Source of the DNA: Candidatus Cloacimonadales bacterium
Lineage (GTDB): Bacteria > Cloacimonadota > Cloacimonadia > Cloacimonadales > JAFGVF01
Length of the DNA: 64,000 nt
Direction of reading: 5' to 3'
NCBI GenBank assembly: GCA_963677495.2
Contig: CAXXOU010000004.1
Location: forward strand, 1,088,001-1,152,000
Shown here: in pieces, positions 1 through 9,890 of the stretch
Position numbering within the stretch: the first letter of the stretch is position 1
Layout: each line of letters opens with the position of its first letter
The notes under the pieces: model-generated
Database searches by the model: none
Seen by the model: only the letters and a program-made list of their open reading frames with translations
What the model was told of the DNA's origin: nothing
Program-made: the position numbers and the translations under genes

Positions 1-1
1 A

Positions 2-253
2 CCTACAACCCACTTCCCATTTGCAGTTGTTATTAATGGTAAATTCACTGCCAAGATTGATGGTAAAGAGATTGGATTTGTGCACTTCCCAAAATTCATG
101 AATGGAATTGGTAGACATGAAGGCAACTGGTCACTGGAGATGCTTGAAGCAGCAATTAAGAATCCTAAACTTCTTGCAAATGAGAATAAGTTACCTGCAA
201 TTGAAGAGCACGATGATCATGATGGAAATGAGCATGGCGGTTGCGAAGAGTAG
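2..253 (+). CDS. 3' end of hypothetical protein (truncated by window edge), His/Asp-rich tail
   Basis: Frame 2 open from the edge: PTTHFPFAVVINGKF...EEHDDHDGNEHGGCEE, TAG at 251-253. Confidence 0.7.
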   Translation, partial: PTTHFPFAVVINGKFTAKIDGKEIGFVHFPKFMNGIGRHEGNWSLEMLEAAIKNPKLLANENKLPAIEEHDDHDGNEHGGCEE

Positions 254-262
254 GTAATAGAT

Positions 263-1000
263 ATGAAAAGAGTCCTTCTCATACTTAAACTCACAGGTGC
301 TGTTCTACTTGGTTTTATTACATGGTTCATTGTAGCAATTCTCAAAGAGATGCGTTTGATGAAACGTTCTGTCTCTGAAACAGAGAAAGTGACTGATGAT
401 GTTTTTGTTGTAAAGGACAGGTTTGTGAACCTGTTCCTGATTAAAAGCGATGAAGGTTATATCGCTATTGATTGCTGTCAGGATGAAGGGAACGTTACCA
501 AGCAGCTAAACAGCCTGTATGTTAATCCCAAAGATGTTAAGCATATCTTCCTCACTCATTCTGATTATGACCATACAGGTGCAATAGACCTCTTCCCTAC
601 TGCTGAGGTTCATATCTCCAAGAAGGAGCATTTATTCCTTAAAGGTGGTAAACGTACTTTTGGCTTTATCAAACTCGGTAAACCGAATGAACTCAATCGT
701 GATTATAAGACCTTTGAGTCCGGTCAGATCTTTGAGATTGGTGAGAAGAGAGTTGAATGCATAGTAACACCGGGACATACATCCGGAAGTGCAAGCTTTA
801 TAGTAGATGACAAGTACATCTTCACAGGTGATACTGTTTCCATCAGAGATAGTAAAATCACTGCCTTCTCTCGCTTAATATCAATGGATAATAAAGAGAA
901 CCTGAAGTCAGTGGATACGATTAAGCAACTCATCAAAGCACGTGGGATCGAGTATGTGTTTACTGCTCATCATGGGTATAAGAAGATGCATAGAGATTAG
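263..1000 (+). CDS. MBL-fold metallo-hydrolase with N-terminal membrane anchor
   Basis: THSDYDH (HxxDH), TPGHT, FTGD and late His motifs. Confidence 0.88.
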   Translation: MKRVLLILKLTGAVLLGFITWFIVAILKEMRLMKRSVSETEKVTDDVFVVKDRFVNLFLIKSDEGYIAIDCCQDEGNVTKQLNSLYVNPKDVKHIFLTHSDYDHTGAIDLFPTAEVHISKKEHLFLKGGKRTFGFIKLGKPNELNRDYKTFESGQIFEIGEKRVECIVTPGHTSGSASFIVDDKYIFTGDTVSIRDSKITAFSRLISMDNKENLKSVDTIKQLIKARGIEYVFTAHHGYKKMHRD

Positions 1001-1062
1001 TAGCCACTGATTTCTCTGATTAATCAGATGATGTGTACTCCGAAGTACACGTCGAACTATTT

Positions 1063-1092
1063 GTAGGGGCTCAACATTTTGAGCCCATTTTT
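1063..1092 (+). repeat. GTAG-type REP hairpin, possibly doubling as terminator
   Basis: GTAG + GGGCTCAA-catt-TTGAGCCC followed by T run. Confidence 0.6.
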
Positions 1093-1154
1093 TCGATTAT
1101 ATGAGTGCTATATGGACTGCATCAACTATGTAGATGCAACTGCAAGATAACCAA

Positions 1155-1337
1155 GGAAGAAGTGAATCGCAGCGGAGTGTGATTTGCTAATTCCGGTACT
1201 CAAAGCCCATTTCGTTCTCGCGTCATGCTATCACTACAACGCAAGTCCGAGTCAATTCCTCCGAATTGCACCATTTGCAAGGTCTTTGACCATTCCAAAG
1301 GTACAAGTCTAATTGTCAATAGCAGAAGCTCGAGTCC
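1155..1337. repeat. Intergenic mosaic repeat copy 1 (direct repeat of 1757-1973)
   Basis: GGAAGAAGTGAATCGCAGCGGAGTG...CCATTCCAAAGGTACA...GAAGCTCGAGTCC present in both copies. Confidence 0.9.
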
Positions 1338-1357
1338 CCCTACTCCCAGCAGTAATT

Positions 1358-1463
1358 CTTGATTCCATAATAGTATTCTCTAAACAACAACTTGATCATT
1401 TCTTGGCATTTAACCCAAGGATTACCCAAGTGTTTCTCAAGGGTTTCTCAAGTGTCTCTCAAG
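1358..1463. repeat. 11-bp-period array with inverted halves (core CTTG/CAAG)
   Basis: CTTG at 1358, 1391, 1402; CAAG at 1416, 1427, 1438, 1449, 1460. Confidence 0.75.
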
Positions 1464-1715
1464 AATTACAGCTGAGGACCAGAGGGAAAGTAGAATCAGT
1501 AGATGCTATTACTATCGCTTTTAATCTGCCCTCTCACTCCTCTGCATTAATTATTAAGTTAAACTAATCTCTATCCATTCTAAAACCGTATCCAAATCCT
1601 ATTATTCGATAATAACATTTCAATAGGGTTTCAATAGGTGTCTCTTACCTGAGGGGTTGATGATTGTAGCAGGACGGATGACCGGGGAAATGAAACTGAT
1701 GAAGGATTGCATTCT

Positions 1716-1973
1716 ACCTTGCGAATGGTCCTTAGACCTTCTCAATGGTGCTCTTAGGAAGAAGTGAATCGCAGCGGAGTGCCTGAGAAGCCTTAGCTTC
1801 AGCGTAGGTTCTTGATTTGCTAATTCCCGGTACTCTAAGCCCGATTCGTTCTCGCGTCATGCTATCGCTACAACGCAAAGTCCAAGAAAATCCCTCCGAT
1901 TTGCACCATTTGCAAGGTCTATGACCATTCCAAAGGTACAGGATAAAGTGTCCTATACCTGAAGCTCGAGTCC
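1716..1973. repeat. REPIN/MITE-like element bounded by inverted ACCTT..AATGGTC..GACCTT..AATGGT modules; includes mosaic copy 2
   Basis: Module at 1716-1749 (+) and 1905-1937 (-); interior matches 1155-1337 plus a 31-bp insert. Confidence 0.8.
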
Positions 1974-2049
1974 AAGCGAAACATGTCAAAAAATTTATCG
2001 AGACTTGCAATTCACTGCCAAAAAGACACACTCCCACAGATAGATTTCA

Positions 2050-2125
2050 CGTACCTGAAAGGTAGCCCCTCCCGTAGCTACCTACGGGAGGGCTACGGAT
2101 GGGCTACGCGAGACCTACGGGAGGG
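2050..2125. repeat. 11-bp-period array with central hairpin (core CTACG)
   Basis: CCCTCCCGTAG-ctac-CTACGGGAGGG; CTACG at 2082, 2093, 2104, 2115. Confidence 0.8.
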
Positions 2126-2229
2126 GATCGCAGGTTTGGTAAAGATTTGGAGGAAAAAAACATTCATTTATTGACATGGAAAGAATAAGTAATATGGGTG
2201 GCATAAACCGATTTCAAAAAGGGGTATAA

Positions 2230-4048
2230 ATGACTGAATTACATAAAACAGACATCTATAAATATACAAGAAAAAGCGAATATGATTTGGAATATCGCTG
2301 ATATTATACAAGGAACCTTCAAACCACATCAATATGGATTAGTTATTCTGCCTTTTACTGTTTTAAAGAGATTGAATGATACTCTTATGCCTACTAAGGA
2401 TAAGGTTTTAGAGAAATTTGAAGAGATAAAACATTTGGAAGTTAAAAGTGGCTTTTTAGAGAAAGCTTCCGGGTACTCTTTCTATAATACGAGTAAGTTT
2501 ACCTTTGAGAATCTGGTGAATGATTCTGAGAATATTGAAGATAATTTCAAAGACTTTCTTAACGGTTTTCTCTGAGAATGTGCAGGATATCCTAAAGAAC
2601 TTCGAGTTTATGGGGAACCATAAAGAAGTTGATTGGCTCAACAAAGCATGAGGGACAAGCTGTTCTATGTGATTCAGGAGTTTAATAAACCTCAGTCTTA
2701 TTTAGGTGCTGATAAAATCACAACTGTTTGACATGGGATATGTCTTTTGAAGAGCTTGTGCGTAAGTTCTCCGAGAGTTATGATGAGGATGCAGGGACAG
2801 CACTTCACGAGTAGAGATATTATTTATACTATGACAGACCTGCTGGTCGCTGAAGATGCCGATGCCCTTACTCAAGAGGGAGTTGTGAAGACTGTCTATG
2901 ATATGGCGATGGGGAAACAAGGTCAGATGCTTACCTGTATGGAGGAACGCTTACGACAATTGGATGCAGATGCAGAGATTACCTCCTTTGGACAGGAGAT
3001 AAACCACGAGACTTACTCTATTGCTAAGTCCGATGCGATTATTAAGGGAAGTTCTGCTGAGAACATGCGTCTGGGAGATACTCTTGCCAATGACCAGTTT
3101 TTGCAGGCTTTGAGTTTGATTATGTTATCTCTAACCCTCCCTTTGGAAGAGATTGGAAATCAGCGAAGAAAACTGTAGATACTGAACATAAGAAGGGCGA
3201 AGACGGAAGATTTGCTCCCGGACTACCAAAAAATATCAGATGGTCAGATGCTCTTTACGATGAATGGAATTAAGAAAACTGAAAGATTCCGGTAAGATGG
3301 CTATTATTCATAACGGCTCCCCTCTTTTTACAGGAGATGCAGGCTCAGGTCCTTCCGAGATTAGAAGGTACATAATAGAAAATGACTGGTTGGAAGCGAT
3401 TGTACAGCTACCTAATGATGTGTTTTATAATACAGGGATTAGTACCTATATTTGGGTAATCTCGAAAGAGAAACCGAGTCATAGAATTGGTAAGATCCAG
3501 CTAATCGATGCCTCCAAGATGTTTGAGAAACGCAGGAAAGTCGATTGGGAATAAACGAGTTGATATAAACAGTTGCTTGCAGAAAAGCGATTGTGCAAGC
3601 CTTTGGTGATTTCACTGATAAGCTCTATGAGTATGATAATGGTAAAACAGGTTGAATCACGCATCTTTGAGAATGAGGATTTTGGTTATTACAAGATTGT
3701 GGTGGAGTCTCCTGAACTTGATGAACAGGGCAATAAGGTTCTGAAAAAGGGGGAAACCGGTTTGCAGATACGAAGAAAAGAGACACTGAGAATGTGCCGA
3801 TGCAGAAGAGTCGTGATGAAAGAGAAGTGATTGAGGAATACTTCCAAAAAGAGGTTGTTCCCTTTAATCCCGATGCCTGGGTTGACTATAAGAAGACCAA
3901 GCTTGGTTATGAAATCCCCTTTAACCCGTCCACTTCTATAAGTATGTAGCTCCTGAACCATCTGAGAAGATAGCGGAACGCATCAGTGCTCTGGAAACAG
4001 AACTGATGGCATCTCTTAAAACCCTCTTCTCCGATGAGGAGGGAATAA
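2230..4048 (+). pseudogene. hsdM: Type I R-M methyltransferase HsdM, broken by many +1 insertions (likely sequencing artefact)
   Basis: Fragments IWNIAD..YGLVILPFTVLKRL, GQHFTSRDII, SNPPFG (~3130), HNGSPLFTGDAGSG, LPNDVFYNTGISTYIWV, GYEIPF across shifting frames. Confidence 0.85.
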
Positions 4049-5332
4049 TGCCTCGCAAGATGAAAGATAGCGGAATTGAATGGATTGGAGAGATTCCGGA
4101 AGGGTGGAGTGTTACCAGAAATAAAAACTCTGTTTCGTGAAAGAAAAGAGGTAACTGTAAATGGAGATGATGACTATGACCTTTTAGCAGTATCAGAGTA
4201 TTACGGAGTAGCTAGAAAAGCTGATGTAATAAAATCAGATGAATTTCTGACAAGAGCTAAGTCATTAACAGGATATAAGGTTTGTAGAATTAATGACTTT
4301 GCAATGAACATTATGTTAGCTTGGAAAAAAGCTTATGGGATAAGCTCTTATAATGGAATAGTTAGCCCATCATATGCTGTGTTTGAACCTACAATGAAAT
4401 ATTGTACCCAATACTATCACTACTTATATAGAACTACATTATATTCTGGTTTATTTAAAAGTAACTCTACTGGAATTATTGATTCAAGATTGAGATTGTA
4501 TCCAGATGTATTTCTTTCTCTTTCCTCGCATTATCCCCCTCTCCCTACCCAAACCCGAATAGCAGAATACTTAGATCGAAAGGTGGCATTGATAGATTCG
4601 ATAATTGAGAAGACAAAACAGACAATTGAGGAGTATAAGGCATATAAACAGTCACTGATAACTGAGGTTGTTACCAAAGGACTCAATAAAGATGCCAAGA
4701 TGAAGGACTCCGGGATTGAATGGATTGGGGAGATTCCGGAGGGGTGGGAAGTGAGAAGAACGAAGTACTTATCTCCTGTGTTAAGAGGAGCAAGCCCTCG
4801 ACCGATTCAGAGTGAGAAGTATTTCGATGTAAATGGAAGCTATGTCTGGACTCGTATAGCTGATGTCTCAAAGTGTACAAAATATTTTGATAAAGATTCT
4901 GAATATATGTCTGAACTAGGTGAAAGTAAATCAGTAAAATTGGAACCGGGAGAATTATTCCTTAGTATTTGTGCTACTGTAGGTAAACCAATTATTACTA
5001 AAGTCAAGTGTTGCATCCATGATGGTTTTGTGTACTTCCCTTTATTGAAACCCAAGTATGTGGATTTACTATTTTATATTTTTGAGAATGGTTCATGTTT
5101 CGGTGGACTTGGAAAAATGGGAACCCAGCTAAATCTTAATACAGAAACTGTAGGCGGTATTCATTTACCTATCCCAGAAGATAATGAACTAGGAAGAATA
5201 ATAAATCGATGTGAACGGATTAGTATTGATATCTTAGAAATTATCGAAAAGAAGATGAGATTTATCACAGAGCTTGAGAGTTATAAGAAGTCACTTATAT
5301 ATGAAGTGGTAACAGGTAAGAAAGAGGTGTAG
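4048..5332 (+). CDS. hsdS: Type I R-M specificity subunit HsdS (one apparent +1 insertion near 4120)
   Basis: ATG 4048 gives MPRKMKDSGIEWIGEIPEGW, repeated internally; two TRDs; ends YKKSLIYEVVTGKKEV. Confidence 0.92.
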
Positions 5333-5335
5333 GAT

Positions 5336-8335
5336 ATGAGTTTTGAGCAGACTGAAAGACGGTTTGAAGCTGATATAGAGGAGTATCTTTTAAATGAAGG
5401 TGGCTATAGAACAGCAAACAAAGATAATTATGATGCAGGGAAGGCTATCAACCTACCTGAGTTGATTAGCTTTATAAAGAAGACACAACCCAAGCAGTGG
5501 CAACGCTATGAGCTTATCTACAAAGATGAGGTTGAGAAGAAACTCTATAAACGCTTCAACGATGAGGTTAATGCACATGGTTTGTTACATGTGCTCAGAA
5601 ACGGGATAAGCGATAGAGGTGTAAAGCTTAAACTCGCCTATTTTAAACCGGAATCCGGACTGAACAGCGAACTCATAGAGAGATACAACCTGAACAGCTT
5701 AACAGTTACCAGGCAGTTTTACTATTCAACCGAGAACCAAAACAGTATTGATATGGTTTTATCCCTAAACGGGATTCCGATTGTGGCTTTGGAACTCAAG
5801 AACCAGATAACCGGGCAGTCGGTTGAGAACGGGAAATCACAATTCTGCTATGACCGAAATCCAAGGGAACTCTGCTTTAACTTTAATAAACGCTTCCTTG
5901 TCTATTTTGCTGTTGACCTTTATGATGTGGCAATGACCACAAGACTAAAAGGGAAAGAAACCTACTTTCTGCCTTTTAATCAAGGCTCGAATGGTGCGGG
6001 GAATGTTGGAGGAGCCGGGAATCCCGAGAACAAAGAGGGTTATGCAACCTCCTATCTCTGGGAGAAAGTGCTGAACAGAGATTCCCTCTTGAATATAATC
6101 CATAGGTTTATCCATCTCAGTAAAGAGAAGAAAGCTACTAAGTTAATCTTCCCTCGTTATCACCAATTGGATGTTGTAACAAAGATGATTTCAGATGTGA
6201 AAGAGAAGGGCTCTGGAGAAAGCTACCTTGTGCAACATAGTGCCGGTTCGGGTAAATCGAACTCCATTGCCTGGACCTGCTATAGACTCGCAAGTCTGCA
6301 TGACAGAAATGACAAGAATATCTTTACCTCTGTGATTGTTGTAACCGATAGAAGGGTATTGGATAGTCAGTTGCAGGAGACAATCTCCTCCTTTGACCAT
6401 AAGTTCGGACTGGTGGAGACAATTGGAGAGGGCAAAAGCTCTAAAGACCTGAGAGATGCAATAAACTCCGGGAAGAAGATAATTGTTACAACCTTACAGA
6501 AGTTTCCCGTTATCTACCAGGAGATAGATGATAATGCAGGGAAACGCTTTGCGATAATCGTGGATGAAGCACATAGCTCGCAGACAGGATCTGATGCTCA
6601 GAAGCTAAAGACTGCCCTGGCAGATAAAGAACAGGCACGTAAAGAGTACGCTGCTTTTGCTGATGATGAAGAGGACTTCGAGGATAGGATTGTGAAAGAG
6701 CTTTTGAGTCATGGAAAACATAAGAACCTCTCCTTCTTTGCTTTCACTGCTACTCCTAAACAGAAGACCTTGGAGATGTTCGGTTGTAAGATGAGTGACG
6801 GAACTTTCAGACCGTTCCATGTCTATTCTATGAAACAGGCGATTGAAGAGGGTTTTATCCTGGATGTCTTAAAGAACTACATGACCTATGAGATCTGCTA
6901 TAAAATAGCTAAGAATACTCCTGAGAACCCTGAATTGGAAGAGTCACAGACCCGGCAGGCGATAAGACGCTTTGAATCGCTACATCCTTATAATCTGCAA
7001 CAAAAGACGATGGTGATGGTGGAAAGCTTTAGAGAGAATACAGCCAAGAAGATTAGAGGGAAAGCGAAGGCGATGGTGGTTACCTCCTCTCGCTTACATG
7101 TTGTGAGATATTATAAGCAGTTTGTTGATTACATAAAATTGAAAGGTTATGACATCGGGGTGTTGGTTGCCTTTTCCGGAACTGTTAACGATAAAGGCGA
7201 AGAATACACAGAAGTCGGGATGAACAGGAAAGAAACCGGAGAGAGGATAAGTGAGAAACAACTTCCTGCTGCCTTCCATAGTGATAAATACCAAATCCTG
7301 ATTGTAGCTGATAAATATCAGACCGGGTTTGATGAGCCCCTATTGCATACTATGTTTGTTGATAAACCTCTGAAAGGTGTGAAGGCTGTGCAAACACTAT
7401 CCCGTTTGAATAGGATTGCTAAATATAAAAACGATACCTTTATCCTGGACTTTATGAATGATGCTGAGGGTATAAAGGCATCCTTCCAACCCTACTTTGA
7501 AGATACTCTATTAGATGAAGAGATAAATGTTAATCTTATCTATGATACTCTAACCATATTACACTCGATGATGCTTTATAATGAGCAGGATATTGATGCA
7601 TTTACGAAGATATACTATAAATCAGGGAAACAGTCTGCTACTGACTTGGGTAGAGTAACAAGTATGTTTAAACCTATTATCGAATCCTATAACAGATTGG
7701 ATGAAGATAACAGATTTAAGTTTAAGAAGAGTGTTCGTAACTTTGTGAAGTGGTATGCCTATATTATCCAGATTGTGAGGATGTTCGATAAAGAGCTTCA
7801 GAAAGAGTATCACTTCCTTAGCTATCTGAACAAACTCCTGCCGAATGACCCTCGAGAAAGTGTAAAGATTGATGATAAGATTAAGCTTGAGTATTACAAG
7901 CTTGAGAAGACTTTTGAGGGTGATATTGTGCTTGAAGAAGTTGAGTACGATAAGACATTAGTCAATCCGAAAACTGTAGATGCAGGCAAAAAGCAAGACC
8001 CTAAAAGTGAATTGCTAGAAGTGATAATCGAACAGGTGAATCAACGCTTTGCAGGTAAGTTTACCGAAGCTGATAGGGTGATAGTTGAAACACTTTTGGG
8101 TAAAGTCGTGTTCGGAGATGAGAAACTACGCAAAAAATGGAAAAGGCAAGCTAAAAACAATAACGCTGAGATCTTCCAGGATAGTATCTTCCCTAAGATA
8201 TTTAAAGAGATAGCAAATGAATGCTATACTGATTCTGTCGGAGCTTTTACCAAACTGTTTCAGGATAAGGATTTCTATAATGTTGTAATGGCTGAGTTAG
8301 GGAAGGAAGCTTATAGGCAGCTTAGGAATGGGTAG
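5336..8335 (+). CDS. hsdR: Type I restriction endonuclease subunit R
   Basis: D..LNGIPIVALELKN nuclease motif, QHSAGSGKS Walker A, VDEAH, FTATPK. Confidence 0.95.
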   Translation: MSFEQTERRFEADIEEYLLNEGGYRTANKDNYDAGKAINLPELISFIKKTQPKQWQRYELIYKDEVEKKLYKRFNDEVNAHGLLHVLRNGISDRGVKLKLAYFKPESGLNSELIERYNLNSLTVTRQFYYSTENQNSIDMVLSLNGIPIVALELKNQITGQSVENGKSQFCYDRNPRELCFNFNKRFLVYFAVDLYDVAMTTRLKGKETYFLPFNQGSNGAGNVGGAGNPENKEGYATSYLWEKVLNRDSLLNIIHRFIHLSKEKKATKLIFPRYHQLDVVTKMISDVKEKGSGESYLVQHSAGSGKSNSIAWTCYRLASLHDRNDKNIFTSVIVVTDRRVLDSQLQETISSFDHKFGLVETIGEGKSSKDLRDAINSGKKIIVTTLQKFPVIYQEIDDNAGKRFAIIVDEAHSSQTGSDAQKLKTALADKEQARKEYAAFADDEEDFEDRIVKELLSHGKHKNLSFFAFTATPKQKTLEMFGCKMSDGTFRPFHVYSMKQAIEEGFILDVLKNYMTYEICYKIAKNTPENPELEESQTRQAIRRFESLHPYNLQQKTMVMVESFRENTAKKIRGKAKAMVVTSSRLHVVRYYKQFVDYIKLKGYDIGVLVAFSGTVNDKGEEYTEVGMNRKETGERISEKQLPAAFHSDKYQILIVADKYQTGFDEPLLHTMFVDKPLKGVKAVQTLSRLNRIAKYKNDTFILDFMNDAEGIKASFQPYFEDTLLDEEINVNLIYDTLTILHSMMLYNEQDIDAFTKIYYKSGKQSATDLGRVTSMFKPIIESYNRLDEDNRFKFKKSVRNFVKWYAYIIQIVRMFDKELQKEYHFLSYLNKLLPNDPRESVKIDDKIKLEYYKLEKTFEGDIVLEEVEYDKTLVNPKTVDAGKKQDPKSELLEVIIEQVNQRFAGKFTEADRVIVETLLGKVVFGDEKLRKKWKRQAKNNNAEIFQDSIFPKIFKEIANECYTDSVGAFTKLFQDKDFYNVVMAELGKEAYRQLRNG

Positions 8336-8369
8336 AGGAAGATAAATTATAAGTGATAGGAGGTTAGAC

Positions 8370-9374
8370 ATGGAGTTGATCACAACGCCCCAAGAGATAG
8401 TTTTTTATTTAGACGAAGACGGGCAAACAAAAATTGAAGTACATTATCATGACGATACGATTTGGTTAACTCAAAAACTTATATCACAACTATTTGATAG
8501 AGAACGAAGCGTAATTACTAAACATATAAATAACATTTTCAAGACACAAGAGCTTGATCAAACTCAAGTATGTGCAAAATTTGCACATACTGCAAGTGAT
8601 GGTAAGACTTACAATTCCACATATTATTCACTTGATGTTATTATAGCAGTGGGCTATAGAGTTAACTCCAAAAAAGCTACTCGTTTTAGACAGTGGGCAA
8701 CAAAGATTCTTAAAGAGTTTATCATCAAAGGCTTTGTCCTAAACGATGAAATGCTAAAAAATGGTAGAGTTTTTGGTAAGGATTACTTTGATGAACTGTT
8801 AGAGCGAATACGCGAAATCAGAGCTTCAGAAAGAAGATTTTATCAGAAGATAACCGACCTATTTTCAACAGCAAGCTATGATTATAATAAAAATTCGGAT
8901 ATAGCTAATACTTTCTATGCAGAAGTTCAAAACAAGTTGGAATGGGCAATTACGGGATATACTGCACCGGAGCTTATTGCAAATAGAGTTGATTCATCAA
9001 AAGCAAATATGGGATTACAAACATGGAAGAATGCTCCACATGGAAAGATTTATTCTTATGACATTACTGTTGCTAAAAACTATCTAAAAGAGAATGAGAT
9101 TAGTGAGTTAAATAGGGTAGTAAACATGTTATTAGATTATGCAGAAAATGTAGCTGAAAGAAAACAACTAATGAGTATGCAGAACTGGATTGAAGAGTTA
9201 GATAGATTTCTTGAATTTAATAGATACAAGATTTTGGAAGATTGTGGCAAGATTAGTCGTGAGTTCGCTGAGAAGAAGGCAAGGCGAGAATACAAAATGT
9301 ATAAACCAATCCAAGATTCTAAATTCATTTCAGATTTTGATATGATTATTGAAAAATCTAAAGAAGATAAATAA
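8370..9374 (+). CDS. Virulence RhuM-family DNA-binding protein
   Basis: WLTQKLISQLF, YSLDVIIAVGYRVNSKKATRFRQWAT, IREIRASERRFYQKITD. Confidence 0.9.
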   Translation: MELITTPQEIVFYLDEDGQTKIEVHYHDDTIWLTQKLISQLFDRERSVITKHINNIFKTQELDQTQVCAKFAHTASDGKTYNSTYYSLDVIIAVGYRVNSKKATRFRQWATKILKEFIIKGFVLNDEMLKNGRVFGKDYFDELLERIREIRASERRFYQKITDLFSTASYDYNKNSDIANTFYAEVQNKLEWAITGYTAPELIANRVDSSKANMGLQTWKNAPHGKIYSYDITVAKNYLKENEISELNRVVNMLLDYAENVAERKQLMSMQNWIEELDRFLEFNRYKILEDCGKISREFAEKKARREYKMYKPIQDSKFISDFDMIIEKSKEDK

Positions 9375-9683
9375 AGTGAGCAATTTAGTTAATATAATAT
9401 GTCAAGAGAAGTTACAGCGATTATTCAGTTGAGAACACATCTACACACTTATGAACATAACATATCAGAGATAGTAATGTTTGATATGTTTTGCTGTATC
9501 ATGTAACCACCCCTCACCTTAATCCTCTACCCAAAGGGGCGAGGAGAATGAGCCATTTTACTAAGTACCACATGACAAACCGACTCAGTCGGTTAAATCC
9601 ATAATTTATATAACTTTTGAATTGACAAGAAGTGTGGTATATAAAAGTTTGTAGAAAATTTATAATAAAGCGGGGTGAGAAGG

Positions 9684-9890
9684 TTGCCTACAGTAAGAGC
9701 TAGAGAGAACGAATCTTTCGATATATTGCTTAAACGTTTCAAGAAAAAATGTGAACGTGCTGCTATATTGTCTGATATCAAAAAACACCAGGCTTATGAA
9801 AAGCCAAGTGTTGTCAGAAAGCGTGAACGTAATGTTGCTCGTCGTAAGATGATTAAAGCAATGCGCAAAATGAACCGGTATAATAAGTAA
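9684..9890 (+). CDS. rpsU: 30S ribosomal protein S21
   Basis: V..RENESFD..LKRFKK...YEKPS; likely TTG start at 9684; TTGACA upstream (~9622). Confidence 0.95.
   Translation: MPTVRARENESFDILLKRFKKKCERAAILSDIKKHQAYEKPSVVRKRERNVARRKMIKAMRKMNRYNK

Noticed and set aside
1690..1735. Hammerhead ribozyme (CTGATGA), also at ~21797
   Set aside because: No GAAA after a stem II and no closing stems I/III
1313..2174. Short ORFs in repeat mosaics (also 23040-23745, 26130-26635, 39267-39515, 51590-51790)
   Set aside because: Overlap palindromic repeats, lack RBS, and frames are not conserved between repeat copies
3961..4140. HsdM-HsdS fusion
   Set aside because: Removing one G gives GAG GAA TAA TG, a normal stop/start overlap, consistent with the local +1 errors
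4057..4747. hsdS shufflon
   Set aside because: The internal repeat is the normal conserved HsdS segment in direct orientation; no silent TRDs or recombinase nearby
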